From an uncultured Alphaproteobacteria bacterium (lineage in GTDB: Bacteria > Pseudomonadota > Alphaproteobacteria > Rhizobiales > Xanthobacteraceae), in assembly GCA_963826295.1 (NCBI GenBank), contig CAWGWO010000007.1:57887-121886 (forward strand): 64,000 nt of DNA, in the 5' to 3' direction. Both the position numbers and the translations under genes were made by a program. The notes below the pieces were generated by a model, which did not search any database, was not told the origin of the DNA, and was given only the letters and a program-made list of their open reading frames with translations. How positions within the stretch are numbered: the first letter of the stretch is position 1; every line of letters starts with the position of its first letter. This document shows positions 16,665 to 26,684 of the stretch, piece by piece.

Positions 16665-16772
16665 AACCGCCCCCGCTCCGCTCTGACACGGAGCTAATGT
16701 TGTCTATAAGGCAAACTGGGCGACAGCGCGACCGCGGCGGGCGCTTTTCCAAAGGAATGTGACATAGGAGCA

Positions 16773-18287
16773 TCACACGCTCGCGTCTTCCGGACGCTTT
16801 CGTCTTTTCCGACGCTTGTCGACCTGCGGCGCTACCGCAAGATCCTCTTCGGCGGCCACAATTTCGGCTGTAGCCGCAGCGACGGTGAGCGCTTCCGCCT
16901 CGTTTACAGCCGGCTCCGCTGTGGCGGTGCTTTGCCGTTCCTTAACCATAGCGCCATCAACTCCGCTCGTCCGGTGCGCGGAAGCGGCGGCACGCGCCCG
17001 GCGCTCCGCCAACGCGCCGCGCAACCGCTGCGTCCAATAATAAATTTGCGCGACCGCGCGGCCCAGAGTTCCACCGGCCCACACCAGCTCGAATGGCGTG
17101 AATTGCCGCCAGGTTTGGTCGCCGTCGATGATCGCGCGGGCGACGAGGTTACCCGCGAGCGCGGTGGTATTAAGGCCGTGTCCGCCGAAACCACTCGCCA
17201 GCCAGACGCCGACGTCGAGTTCGCCGATCTGGGGCATGCGGTGGATCGGGTTACCCAAAGTGCCGGACCACGCGTAATCGACTGCGACCTTGCCGAGCCT
17301 AGGATAAGTCTTGCCGATATCCGCGGTGAGCGCACGCACATAGCGCCGCGGATCGCGCGCCCACGTCGTCGCCCGGCCCGACCACATCAGCCGGTCGCCA
17401 TCGACGATGCGGTAATGGTTGTCGGCGAGATCGGTATCGCTGACTGAGCCGGGATAGTCGATCGCTTCAGCGAGCCGCGTTCCGAGCGGTGCGGTGGTAA
17501 TCGTGTAGGTAGTGACCGGAATGAGCGCGGCGCCGACGGCCGGCGTCAGCGCCGTGATCTGTGTGTTGCCGCATAACACCACGTGAGTGGCGCGCAGCCG
17601 CGCGTTCGGCGTGACGATGCGCTTGCGCACGCCGGCCGGATCGATGGCAAGCGCCGGCGTGTGCTCGAAGATGCGGGCTCCGGCGCGTTCGGCGGCAACG
17701 GCCAAACCGAGCGCGTAGTTGAGCGGATGAATGTTGAGCGCGCCGGGATAATGAATAGCGTGAAAGTAACGTTCGCTGTGCAGCACCGCACGTATTTGTT
17801 CGAGCGGCCAGCCCTCGATCTCGACGCCGAATTCGCCGAGGATTGCGGCGAGATGCGTAAACTCGTCGCCGTTGTCGGTTTTGGACACGTACAGCCAACC
17901 GTTTTGCGGATCGACACCCGGCATCGCGTCGTCAACGATGGCGTTGCGGACATAGTCCAGCCCGCTTTGCGATAGCGTCCACAAATCTTTGGCATGGTCA
18001 AAACCGACGCGGCCGATGATGCTGTCGGGCGCAGCAGCGAAACCGGGAAGTACGAAACCGGAATTGCGGCCCGAAGCCCCGGCCGCGATACGGCCAGCCT
18101 CCACCACCGCCACCGACCAGCCACGGCGCGCCACTTCGCGCGCCGTCGTCAAGCCGGCCAGACCTCCGCCCACAACGCACACGTCGACGTCGCAATCGAC
18201 TGTCAGTGCCGGCCGCAGTGGTGCGTCGACCTTCGTCGCCGCGTACCAACTGTTGCCGTAGGCTTGCGTGGAGTCGGATTCGTCCAT
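16773..18287 (-). CDS. FAD-dependent oxidoreductase (DAO family, gamma-glutamylputrescine oxidase-like) with an Ala/Lys-rich C-terminal tail
   Basis: It carries the VCVVGGGLAGLTTAREVARRG dinucleotide-binding motif and is 504 aa. Confidence 0.75.
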   Translation of the reverse strand: MDESDSTQAYGNSWYAATKVDAPLRPALTVDCDVDVCVVGGGLAGLTTAREVARRGWSVAVVEAGRIAAGASGRNSGFVLPGFAAAPDSIIGRVGFDHAKDLWTLSQSGLDYVRNAIVDDAMPGVDPQNGWLYVSKTDNGDEFTHLAAILGEFGVEIEGWPLEQIRAVLHSERYFHAIHYPGALNIHPLNYALGLAVAAERAGARIFEHTPALAIDPAGVRKRIVTPNARLRATHVVLCGNTQITALTPAVGAALIPVTTYTITTAPLGTRLAEAIDYPGSVSDTDLADNHYRIVDGDRLMWSGRATTWARDPRRYVRALTADIGKTYPRLGKVAVDYAWSGTLGNPIHRMPQIGELDVGVWLASGFGGHGLNTTALAGNLVARAIIDGDQTWRQFTPFELVWAGGTLGRAVAQIYYWTQRLRGALAERRARAAASAHRTSGVDGAMVKERQSTATAEPAVNEAEALTVAAATAEIVAAEEDLAVAPQVDKRRKRRKRPEDASV

Positions 18288-18431
18288 GATTCTAAGGCGG
18301 TGCCACGAGTTTCGGCACCGGCTCTTTCGGTCCTGGGAGTGGGAAGCGAAGCTCCCGTGCGCGGCCCGTCACACTATATGAACTTCGGAATCGGGACACT
18401 AGACTGAGCCATATATACCGGGACATCACCA

Positions 18432-18956
18432 ATGGGTCGTTTGCTGCTGTTGCGGCATGCCAAGACCGAGCGCCCAGAACCCGGCGAGCGCGACCGTGAC
18501 CGCAAGCTCACCGCGCGCGGCCGCGCGGACGCGCCCATAATTGGCACCTACATGGCCAGGCATCGGCTGGTTCCAGACCTCGCCCTGGTGTCGCCGGCGA
18601 CCCGGGCTGATGAAACCTGGGCTCTGGTCGCGGAGGTTTTCAACAAGACGCCGCGGCTCGTGAAGGAAGAGCGCATCTACAACGCCGGCACCGGTGCGCT
18701 CATGGAAATCGTCGGCGCGGCCGGCGGCGCGCGTATGCTGCTCGTGGTCGGGCACAATCCCGGCCTGCACGACCTCGCCGTGCAGTTGATCGCTTCCGGA
18801 GACGTCGGGATGCGCGAACGCGTCCGGGAAAAGCTGCCGACCTGCGGCCTGGTGGTGATCGAGTTCCCCTACGATGATTGGTCTAACTTGCATCGCAGTT
18901 CCGGCCGGATCGAGCGCTTCGTCAGCCCGCGCCTGATCGCGGACGTGGCCGACTAG
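18432..18956 (+). CDS. Histidine phosphatase family protein (SixA-like)
   Basis: LLLLRHAKTE (RHG-type motif) and VVGHNPG. Confidence 0.75.
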   Translation: MGRLLLLRHAKTERPEPGERDRDRKLTARGRADAPIIGTYMARHRLVPDLALVSPATRADETWALVAEVFNKTPRLVKEERIYNAGTGALMEIVGAAGGARMLLVVGHNPGLHDLAVQLIASGDVGMRERVREKLPTCGLVVIEFPYDDWSNLHRSSGRIERFVSPRLIADVAD

Positions 18957-19022
18957 GGCCGATAACCTTAATTCCGCGACAGCAGAAAGCACTCGGAAAG
19001 GCAGTGTAGATATGCTGCCGCG

Positions 19023-20750
19023 ATGCTGTACCGGTCTGCCAACAGCGTAACGGAATCTTCGATCGCGCGGTTCGCCGAAAGCGTGGAGCGATCGCTCCTC
19101 GCCGGGTTCGGTCTCCGCTCGCTCGCGATTTGCCTGCTGGCTTACATTGCCGGCGCCGCGATCTTGCTATGGCCAGGCGTGTTCTTCGTCGCCTATCTGC
19201 TCAACGACACTTTCATATACGCGGAGGCCGGCTATCGGCTGGCGCTCGGTCAAGTGCCCGGGCTCGGCGCCACGAGCGCGCTTGGCATATTCACGTTTGC
19301 GCCTTACGCGATCGCGTTTCACCTGATCCACAACGCGGCTGAGGCAATTCCGCTATCGTTCGTGATTTTCGGCGGCATCGTGTTCGCGCTCGCCAGCGTG
19401 ATCGCGTTGACGCGTTTGTCGGCGATCGTCGGCACCATCGTCATTCTCTCCTGCTCGCTCGTGATGTTGGCGCCGTTTGTCATCGGCTACGATCTTCCCG
19501 GCGAAGTAATGACGACAGCGGCCAACGCCTACAACCGCTTCGGCTTTCTTCTCCTGCTGCTGGCAGCTTTGCTGGTGATCGAACCGCGTTCACGTTTTAC
19601 CGGCGCGGCACGAATCGTCGATCTCATCTGGGCGATCGCCGCGACCATGCTTGCCTATTATACAAAGATGCCGTTCGGCCTCGGCGTTGCCGGTCTGGTC
19701 GGCTTTTGGCTCATGGTCATGCGCCGCGACCTGTTGGGCAGCGCCGGCTTTCTCATCGGCTGCGCTCTGGTGACGGTCGCCGTCGAGAAAATCTGGCCCG
19801 GGCTCAACGCAGCGTACATCCACGAAATGGTCTTTGCCGCTCAGGCCACGGGCGGGGTGCTGAAACCGTTTTCGCTCGTGATGATGACCATCCATACGGC
19901 GCCGGAATACCTTGCATTCGCGGTAGCGCCGCTCATCGCGCTTTATCTGACACAGCGCGCCGACTGGCGCGATGCCGTCCTCGCGATCCTCCTGGTCTGC
20001 GGACCGCTGCTCCTTCTGAGCCAGAGCGCGCAAGGCATGGTCCTGGTCACCCCGGTAGCCATCGCCGTCATTGCGGTGACGCGGCTTTCCACTGTCGACA
20101 CCGGCGACACGCAACGCTTGGCATTATGGATCAGTCTCGTTGCTCTCATCGGCGGTTTCGCCGCGCTTGCGACACCGGCCGCATTGCAGCTGGGCCGGCA
20201 CACGGTCTTCGCCCGGCGCGCAAGCCCGATAGCAGGCATGCCGGCCAATTACCGATCGCTGCGCGTCATCGACGACGGCGACATCGCCGCGCTCGATGCC
20301 GCCATGAATGGAAGCGCCGAAGCGGCAAAAACCTACGCGGCGTCGCACACGCGCGCTAATCGCTTCAGTCGCAGCCCGCTGTTCGAGGAAGATTACGCTC
20401 ACACCATCGCCAAGCTTGCGGCGGCACGCGAGCTGTGCGGCAGCGAGCGCGATCGCACCGCGGTCCTCGATTTTGCCAACGTATCAGCATCGCTGTTCGG
20501 CCACCCGCCGGCCGGTGCCTGGGCTTATCTGCACTGGAATCGCAGTTTCAGCGCCACCGCTTTTGTGCCGCCGCGACGCATGTTCGCCGGCGTCGGCTGC
20601 CTGTTCGATCCCAAGCTGCCGCAATATCCCGAGACGCATGCGGCGATCTGGCAAGTCTACGGCGACTATCTGCGCGCCCATTACCGGCCGGCCGGAGAGA
20701 CACCGTATTGGCGCGTACTCACCGTCGTGACGCGCGACGGCCGCTCCTGA
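19023..20750 (+). CDS. Polytopic membrane protein of unknown function with a C-terminal soluble domain
   Basis: 575 aa. Roughly ten hydrophobic segments in the first approximately 390 aa are followed by a hydrophilic tail of about 190 aa. Confidence 0.55.
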   Translation: MLYRSANSVTESSIARFAESVERSLLAGFGLRSLAICLLAYIAGAAILLWPGVFFVAYLLNDTFIYAEAGYRLALGQVPGLGATSALGIFTFAPYAIAFHLIHNAAEAIPLSFVIFGGIVFALASVIALTRLSAIVGTIVILSCSLVMLAPFVIGYDLPGEVMTTAANAYNRFGFLLLLLAALLVIEPRSRFTGAARIVDLIWAIAATMLAYYTKMPFGLGVAGLVGFWLMVMRRDLLGSAGFLIGCALVTVAVEKIWPGLNAAYIHEMVFAAQATGGVLKPFSLVMMTIHTAPEYLAFAVAPLIALYLTQRADWRDAVLAILLVCGPLLLLSQSAQGMVLVTPVAIAVIAVTRLSTVDTGDTQRLALWISLVALIGGFAALATPAALQLGRHTVFARRASPIAGMPANYRSLRVIDDGDIAALDAAMNGSAEAAKTYAASHTRANRFSRSPLFEEDYAHTIAKLAAARELCGSERDRTAVLDFANVSASLFGHPPAGAWAYLHWNRSFSATAFVPPRRMFAGVGCLFDPKLPQYPETHAAIWQVYGDYLRAHYRPAGETPYWRVLTVVTRDGRS

Positions 20751-20751
20751 G

Positions 20752-22170
20752 CTATCCGGCGAGCGCCGCCAGAATCCGTGCCCAGCTGCGCGTGCCCTTG
20801 TGAAAGCATTTCAGGTCGAATTTTTCGTTCGGCGAATGCACGCGGTCGTCGTCGAGCGCGAAGCCGACCATCAACGTGTCCATACCGAGCACCGTCTTGA
20901 AATCGCCGACGATTGGGATCGAGCCGCCGGCGCCGATCGTCACCGCCTTCTTGCCCCACTCTTCGGCGAGCGCCTTTCGCGCCTTGGCGAGCGCGGGATT
21001 GTCGAACGCCACGTCGAAGGCCGGCGCGCTGGTGAAATTGCCAAACTCGACCGAGCAGTCGGCCGGAATGCGCGTGCGCACGAAGCCGCGGAAGGCGGCG
21101 CGGATTTTCTCCGGGTCCTGCGCACCGACCAGGCGGAACGAGACTTTGGCTAGGGCTTTGCCGGGAATAACGGTCTTTGCACCCTCCCCGGTATAGCCGC
21201 CGAGAATGCCGTTGACCTCGGCGGTCGGCCGCGTGGATATCTGCTCGATCAGCATGCGGTCCTTCTCGCCGGCCGGAATCTTGAGGCCGATCGGCCCGAG
21301 GAATTTTTCCGGGGTAAGTTTGAGGCCGGCCAGATCCGCCTTGATGTCGGCCGGCAATTCGCGCACGCCATCATAAAATCCGGGAATGGCGACCGATCCG
21401 TCGGGCTTATGCATCGCCGAGAGAATGTCGGCCAACACATGGATCGGATTGCGCGCCGCGCCGCCGAATAGCCCGGAATGCAGGTCGCGATCGGCACAGG
21501 TGACCCGTACCTCCTCATAAACCAGTCCGCGCAGCGACGTCGTGATCGAGGGCGTCTCCGCATCCCACATGCCGGTATCGCAGACGAGCGCGAGATCGCG
21601 TTTGAGCTCGGCGGCGTGCTCGCGCACGAAGCCGAACAGGTTTTTCGAGCCGCACTCCTCTTCGCCCTCGATCAGCATGGTGATGTCGAGCGGCAGTTTG
21701 CCGGTCACTGCCTTAAACGCCCGGCAGGCCTCGATGAAAGTCATGGCCTGGCCCTTGTCGTCGCACGCACCGCGCGCAATGACGATTTGCCGGCCTTTAT
21801 CAAGCGTCTCGAGACGCGGCTCGAATGGCGGGGTCTTCCACAGATCGAGCGGATCGACCGGCTGCACATCGTAATGGCCGTAGAACAGGACCCGCGGTCC
21901 AGGCCCGTCGGCGTGGCCGTTGCCGCTTTTGCCGACGACCACCGGGTGGCCTTCGGTCGGGCGCACGCTCGTCTCGAAACCGAGGCTCCGCAAATCAGCG
22001 GCAACATGTTCGGCGGCGGTAACGCAGTAAGGCGCGAAGGCCGGATCGGTCGATATGGATTGGATGCGCAGGAGCGCAAACAAGCGCTCGAGGCTGGCAT
22101 CAAGATCGCGGTCGATGCGATCGAGCACCGCCGGAAGAACTTCCGTCGTGGATGCAACCATGGCCTTCAC
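20752..22170 (-). CDS. M20-family metallopeptidase (dipeptidase/ArgE-DapE-like)
   Basis: HYDVQP, GACDDKGQ and EGEEECGS motifs. The start is GTG at 22170 or ATG at 22161. Confidence 0.85.
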   Translation of the reverse strand: MKAMVASTTEVLPAVLDRIDRDLDASLERLFALLRIQSISTDPAFAPYCVTAAEHVAADLRSLGFETSVRPTEGHPVVVGKSGNGHADGPGPRVLFYGHYDVQPVDPLDLWKTPPFEPRLETLDKGRQIVIARGACDDKGQAMTFIEACRAFKAVTGKLPLDITMLIEGEEECGSKNLFGFVREHAAELKRDLALVCDTGMWDAETPSITTSLRGLVYEEVRVTCADRDLHSGLFGGAARNPIHVLADILSAMHKPDGSVAIPGFYDGVRELPADIKADLAGLKLTPEKFLGPIGLKIPAGEKDRMLIEQISTRPTAEVNGILGGYTGEGAKTVIPGKALAKVSFRLVGAQDPEKIRAAFRGFVRTRIPADCSVEFGNFTSAPAFDVAFDNPALAKARKALAEEWGKKAVTIGAGGSIPIVGDFKTVLGMDTLMVGFALDDDRVHSPNEKFDLKCFHKGTRSWARILAALAG

Positions 22171-23801
22171 CTTTTCATGACGCCGCCGAGCGCGCCGCGC
22201 ACCACGGCCTTGCCGAGATTGCCGGCGGCCTTGCTGCCGGTCGATTTCGTCAGTTCGGTCGCAAGTTCGCTCGCGACGCCAACCGCGACCGCGCGCGCCA
22301 CATTGCGCGCCACCTGCTGTGACGTGGTCAAGGCCGTGCCGTGGCGACGGCCGATGCCGAAGATGTTGCGGAATCCCTCTCCCATCCGATGCAAGACGCC
22401 GCCGCGATCAGGCGATTGCGGCCCCGGAGCGCCCGGCGCTTCGCTAGCCGCGCCGGCACCACCCGGCGGTGGTAGCGCTCCGCCCGACGCCAGCCGGCTT
22501 TGCAATATCGCGCACGCGGATTTTGGCGTAGCCGCCGTGTCGTATTTGCCTTGGAATGGGCTCTTGGCCATCACCGCTTTGCGTTCTTCAGGCGTGATCG
22601 GCCCGATCCGGGCCGCTGGCGGCCGCACGAGCGTGCGATCGACCATCGCCGGTGTGCCATTACCTTCGAGGAACGATACCAGCGCTTCGCCCTTGCCAAG
22701 TTGCATGATGACCTGCGCGGTGTTGAGCTTGGGATTTGGCCGGAACGTTTCGGCCGCCGCGGCAACCGCTCTCTGATCCCGCGGCGTGAACGCGCGCAGC
22801 GCGTGCTGCATGCGGTTGCTCAACTGGTCCAGCACTTTATCGGGCACGTCGAGCGGGTTTTGGGTGACGAAATAAACACCGACTCCCTTGGAGCGGATCA
22901 GCCGCACCACCTGCTCAATCTTTTCGAGCAACTCCTTCGGCGCCTCGTTGAACAACAGATGCGCCTCGTCGAAAAAGAAAACGAGCTTCGGCTTCGGGGG
23001 ATCGCCGACCTCGGGCAACTTCTCGAACAGCTCTGACAGCAACCACAGCAGGAAGGTCGCGTAGAGCCGCGGGTTCGCCATCAGCTTATCGGCGGCAAGC
23101 ACGTTGACAACGCCGCGCCCGCTTTGGGTCTGCATCAGATCGGCGACCGTCAGCGCCGGCTCGCCGAAAAATTTCGAGCCGCCTTGATTTTCGAGCACGA
23201 GCAATTGGCGCTGCACGGCGCCCACCGCGGTCACCGCGACGTTGCCATAACGGGCGGCGATCTCCTTTGCGTTCTTCGACAAATAGGATAACAGCTCGCG
23301 CAGATCGTTGAGACCGACGAGCCCCTCGGCATCGTCGCAGGATTTCAATTCCGGATCATCGTCGGCGTAGCGGAAGGCGACGTTGATGACGCCTTCCTCT
23401 ACTTCGTTAAGTTCAAGCATGCGCGAGACCAGGAGCGGGCCCATTTCGAACACCGTTGCCCGCACGGGATGGCCTTGCTCGCCGAACAAATCCCAAAAAA
23501 CGACGGGAAATTCCTCGGGCTCGTAATCGAAGCCTAATTCCTTCGCCCGCTTGATGAATTCCGGTTTGGCCTCGCCGCGTGCCGCAACCCCGGAGAGATC
23601 GCCCTTGATATCCGCGGCGAATACCGCGACGCCGGCGCGCGAAAAACCTTCGGCGAGCACTTGCAGCGACACCGTCTTGCCGGTGCCGGTGGCGCCGGCG
23701 ACGAGGCCATGACGGTTGGCGAGAGCGAGCGCGAGAAACTGGTCGCCCGTCGTCTCGCCCTTGCCGGCGAAAATCTTTCCATCCCGATCCGGATTCGCCA
23801 T
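22167..23801 (-). CDS. HerA-like P-loop ATPase (DUF853/YjgR family)
   Basis: NRHGLVAGATGTGKTVSLQ Walker A and LVFFFDEAHLLF Walker B. 544 aa. Confidence 0.8.
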   Translation of the reverse strand: MANPDRDGKIFAGKGETTGDQFLALALANRHGLVAGATGTGKTVSLQVLAEGFSRAGVAVFAADIKGDLSGVAARGEAKPEFIKRAKELGFDYEPEEFPVVFWDLFGEQGHPVRATVFEMGPLLVSRMLELNEVEEGVINVAFRYADDDPELKSCDDAEGLVGLNDLRELLSYLSKNAKEIAARYGNVAVTAVGAVQRQLLVLENQGGSKFFGEPALTVADLMQTQSGRGVVNVLAADKLMANPRLYATFLLWLLSELFEKLPEVGDPPKPKLVFFFDEAHLLFNEAPKELLEKIEQVVRLIRSKGVGVYFVTQNPLDVPDKVLDQLSNRMQHALRAFTPRDQRAVAAAAETFRPNPKLNTAQVIMQLGKGEALVSFLEGNGTPAMVDRTLVRPPAARIGPITPEERKAVMAKSPFQGKYDTAATPKSACAILQSRLASGGALPPPGGAGAASEAPGAPGPQSPDRGGVLHRMGEGFRNIFGIGRRHGTALTTSQQVARNVARAVAVGVASELATELTKSTGSKAAGNLGKAVVRGALGGVMKR

Positions 23802-24000
23802 CGCTCGCTTCCTTCGCCCGCCGCGCTGCGGAACGGATCACTGTGGCGCGCCCGCGCTCGCTGAATTTTAGTGCGCGGGGTAATTCATTTCCACTGTGGC
23901 AAACCGATCGCACGATTTACGGCGTGGTGTCTTGTCATGCCGCGCTCGAATGTACATTATGGCGGACATTGCCGTGACGTTTGGGGCTGGCGAGGGCAGC

Positions 24001-24357
24001 ATGGATGAGTTGATTGCGCGTCTCGTCGCGGATGTTGGCATCGACCGCGCGACAGCTGAAACCGCCGTCGGCATCGTTCTCGACTTTCTCGCCAAAGAAG
24101 GCCCCGCCGACAAAGTCCAACTCCTTTTGACAAAGCTGCCCGGCGCCGAAGCGCTGATGCAAAAAGCGGCCGCCCAAGACGGCGGCGGCATGGGCGGCGT
24201 TATGGGCGCCGGCATGCGGATGATGAGTGCGGGACTAAGCATGGGTCAGGTGCAGAGCCTCACCCGGCAATTCATCGCCTTTGCCCGCGAGAAAGTCGGC
24301 GAGGACGAGGTGGGTGAAATGGTTGGCGCAATTCCGGGCCTCTCGCAGTTTGTTTGA
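24001..24357 (+). CDS. Conserved hypothetical protein (two helical repeats separated by a Gly/Met-rich linker)
   Basis: An internal ATG of ORF 23896..24357 with GAGGGC upstream. I do not recognise an enzymatic motif. Confidence 0.5.
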   Translation: MDELIARLVADVGIDRATAETAVGIVLDFLAKEGPADKVQLLLTKLPGAEALMQKAAAQDGGGMGGVMGAGMRMMSAGLSMGQVQSLTRQFIAFAREKVGEDEVGEMVGAIPGLSQFV

Positions 24358-24403
24358 GTAACCCAGTACCACGACGTTATTGCTCGACTAGAGGGGGCAA
24401 GCG

Positions 24404-24811
24404 ATGGGTTACCCCATTACCGATATTCGAGGCATCGGACCGGACGCCGCGTTGATGCTGAAATCGGAGGGCATTCGCACCACGGTAGGCTTGCTGCGAT
24501 TGGCCAAGACGCCAAAGCAGCGGCTCAAGATCGCCGAAAGGCTCGGAACCAAAGATAAGAACGTGCTTGACTGGGTCACGGCCGCCGATCGCATGCGTGT
24601 GAAAGGGGTCGGCTGGGAATATTCCGAACTGTTACGTGAGGTTGACGTCAAGACCGTCAAAGAGCTCAAATTTCGCAACCCGCAGAAGCTAATCGAGCAG
24701 ATGGCGGAGGCGAATTCCCGGCGCAAACTGGTCCGCTTCCTGCCATCGGTGAGCATGGTCCAGCGCTGGATCGAGAGCGCGAAGAAGCTACCGTCTGTTA
24801 TCCGCTATTGA
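24404..24811 (+). CDS. DUF4332-type helix-hairpin-helix protein
   Basis: ITDIRGIGPDAALMLKSEGI...RVKGVGWEYSELL. These duplicated HhH-like units are typical of DUF4332. Confidence 0.6.
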   Translation: MGYPITDIRGIGPDAALMLKSEGIRTTVGLLRLAKTPKQRLKIAERLGTKDKNVLDWVTAADRMRVKGVGWEYSELLREVDVKTVKELKFRNPQKLIEQMAEANSRRKLVRFLPSVSMVQRWIESAKKLPSVIRY

Positions 24812-24884
24812 TCGCCTATTGAATGCATGTTCCATGCCCGGCCGCCGGATTGCGTCAGTGCGTCCGCAATGACACCATCCGGCG

Positions 24885-25760
24885 ATGACAGCAGCGACGC
24901 GCATGGCGAACACGATAGGCGGCGCTTCCCCCGGTCAGGCGTCCGGCGAAAACGTGCTGGCCCGGCTTTTGGCCAAGGCGCGACCGCTGGTCATGGGCGT
25001 ACTCAACGTGACGCCGGACTCGTTTTCCGACGGCGGCCGCTTTCTCGACGCACAGGCGGCAATCGCGCATGCGCGCAGCCTTGCCGCCGAGGGCGCCGAC
25101 ATCATCGATGTCGGCGCGGAATCGACGCGGCCATACGGCGGTCCGGTTGCGGTCTCCCCCGACGAGGAGGAGGCGCGGCTTAAGCCGGTCTTATCGGAGG
25201 TGCTCGGGCTCGGCGTTCCGGTTTCGATCGACACGATGAAATCCGCCGTTGCGGCCTGGGCGCTCGATCTCGGCATCGCGATCGTCAACGATGTCTGGGG
25301 CTTGCAAGGCGATCCCGACATGGCGCGCATCGTCGCCCAGCGCAAGGTCCCGGTGATCGTGATGCACAATCGCGAAAGCGCGGACCCGGCGATCGACATC
25401 GTCGCCGAAGTAACAGCGTTCTTCGAGCGCTCGCTTGATATCGCGGCGCGAGCCGGCATTGCGAACGAACGCATCGTGCTCGATCCTGGAATAGGCTTCG
25501 GCAAGACCCCGGCGCAGAGCATCACCTGCATCGCCCGGCTCGAGACCTGGCGCGGCTTCGGTATCCCGCTTCTGGTCGGCGCTTCACGCAAGCGCTTCAT
25601 CAATTCGATTTCGCCGTCCGATCCGATGGCGCGGCTCGGCGGATCGTTGGCCGCGCATTTGTGGGCGGCGGAGAACGGAGCCGCGATCGTGCGTGCCCAT
25701 GATGTAGCCCCGACGGTGCAGGCGCTTGCCGTCGCCGCGGCGATCAGGCGCGCGCGATGA
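24885..25760 (+). CDS. folP: Dihydropteroate synthase
   Basis: VMGVLNVTPDSFSDGG and IIDVGAESTRP motifs. Confidence 0.92.
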   Translation: MTAATRMANTIGGASPGQASGENVLARLLAKARPLVMGVLNVTPDSFSDGGRFLDAQAAIAHARSLAAEGADIIDVGAESTRPYGGPVAVSPDEEEARLKPVLSEVLGLGVPVSIDTMKSAVAAWALDLGIAIVNDVWGLQGDPDMARIVAQRKVPVIVMHNRESADPAIDIVAEVTAFFERSLDIAARAGIANERIVLDPGIGFGKTPAQSITCIARLETWRGFGIPLLVGASRKRFINSISPSDPMARLGGSLAAHLWAAENGAAIVRAHDVAPTVQALAVAAAIRRAR

Positions 25761-26134
25761 GTGATGCAATTTTCGTCAACGGCCTCGTCCTTCACGCGTA
25801 TCATGGCGTAATGCCACACGAGGCCAAGGTCGGACAGCCGTTCAGGCTCGATCTCGTGCTCGACATCGATCTGGGCGAGGCCTCGCGCAGCGACACCCTC
25901 AAAGCGACGGTGTCGTACGAGGCGCTGGTCAAGACCGCGAGCGAGGCGTTCTCCGCGCGACGATATCGGCTGGTCGAGGCAGCGGCCGGCGCGGTCGCGA
26001 GCGCTGTGCTCGACCGCTACCCGCGGGTGCGCGGTATCAAGGTCACGGTGCGCAAGCCGCATGCCCCGATCGCGGCGACCTTCGACGACGTCGGTGTGAC
26101 CCTGGTGCGAACGCGTGAGCGCCGCCGTGGCTGA
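25757..26134 (+). CDS. folB: Dihydroneopterin aldolase
   Basis: 125 aa, FV.GL.L.A.HGV...E...GQ.F. It overlaps the folP stop. Confidence 0.85.
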   Translation: MSDAIFVNGLVLHAYHGVMPHEAKVGQPFRLDLVLDIDLGEASRSDTLKATVSYEALVKTASEAFSARRYRLVEAAAGAVASAVLDRYPRVRGIKVTVRKPHAPIAATFDDVGVTLVRTRERRRG

Positions 26135-26615
26135 AGCCCTTATCGCGCTTGGCGGCAACGTCGGCGACGTGCGCGCGACTTTCGAGCGCGCCGTCGCGAT
26201 CTTATGCGAGGGTCCGGAAATCCGTCTGATCGCACGCTCGTCGGATTACCGGACCGTGCCATGGGGCGTCACCGATCAGCTGCCCTTTATCAACGCCGTA
26301 ATCGAGGTCGCCACCTCGCTGCCGCCGCACGACTTGCTGACACGCGCCGAAGACACGGAGCGCAAGCTCGGACGCAATCGCGCACGCGAACGCCGCTGGG
26401 GACCGCGGCCCATCGACATCGACCTGCTCGCCTATGACGACTTGGTGGTCATCGATCGGGATCTCATCCTGCCGCATCCGCATTTGCTCGAGCGCGCCTT
26501 CGCCTTGGTGCCGCTCGCTGAGATCGCGCCCGAGCGTGTCATCGCCGGCGTCAAGGTTTCCGACGCGCTGGCGCGGCTCGACCTCGGTGGCGTCCAAAGG
26601 CTGCCGCCAAGCTAG
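26115..26615 (+). CDS. folK: 2-amino-4-hydroxy-6-hydroxymethyldihydropteridine diphosphokinase
   Basis: ALGGNVGD...RWGPRPIDIDLL...LILPHP motifs. GTG start overlapping folB. Confidence 0.88.
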   Translation: MSAAVAEALIALGGNVGDVRATFERAVAILCEGPEIRLIARSSDYRTVPWGVTDQLPFINAVIEVATSLPPHDLLTRAEDTERKLGRNRARERRWGPRPIDIDLLAYDDLVVIDRDLILPHPHLLERAFALVPLAEIAPERVIAGVKVSDALARLDLGGVQRLPPS

Positions 26616-26684
26616 ATCCCGGCACGCTGCTTGCACCGCCTTATGGGTTGGCCCCCAAGGCCGAGCCGTGGCATTTTGCGACCA

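Noticed and set aside
21478-22776. 432-aa plus-strand ORF across the M20 and HerA-like genes. The same applies to 31108..32199 opposite the patatin-like gene, 47367..48332 opposite the TetR gene, and 28399..29268 opposite mutB.
   Set aside because: All are high-GC shadow ORFs crossing boundaries of well-supported genes on the other strand.
24935-26158. 407-aa minus-strand ORF spanning folP-folB
   Set aside because: It is antisense to three recognisable, translationally coupled folate genes. Its composition is Ser/Ala/Arg/Pro-rich without motifs.
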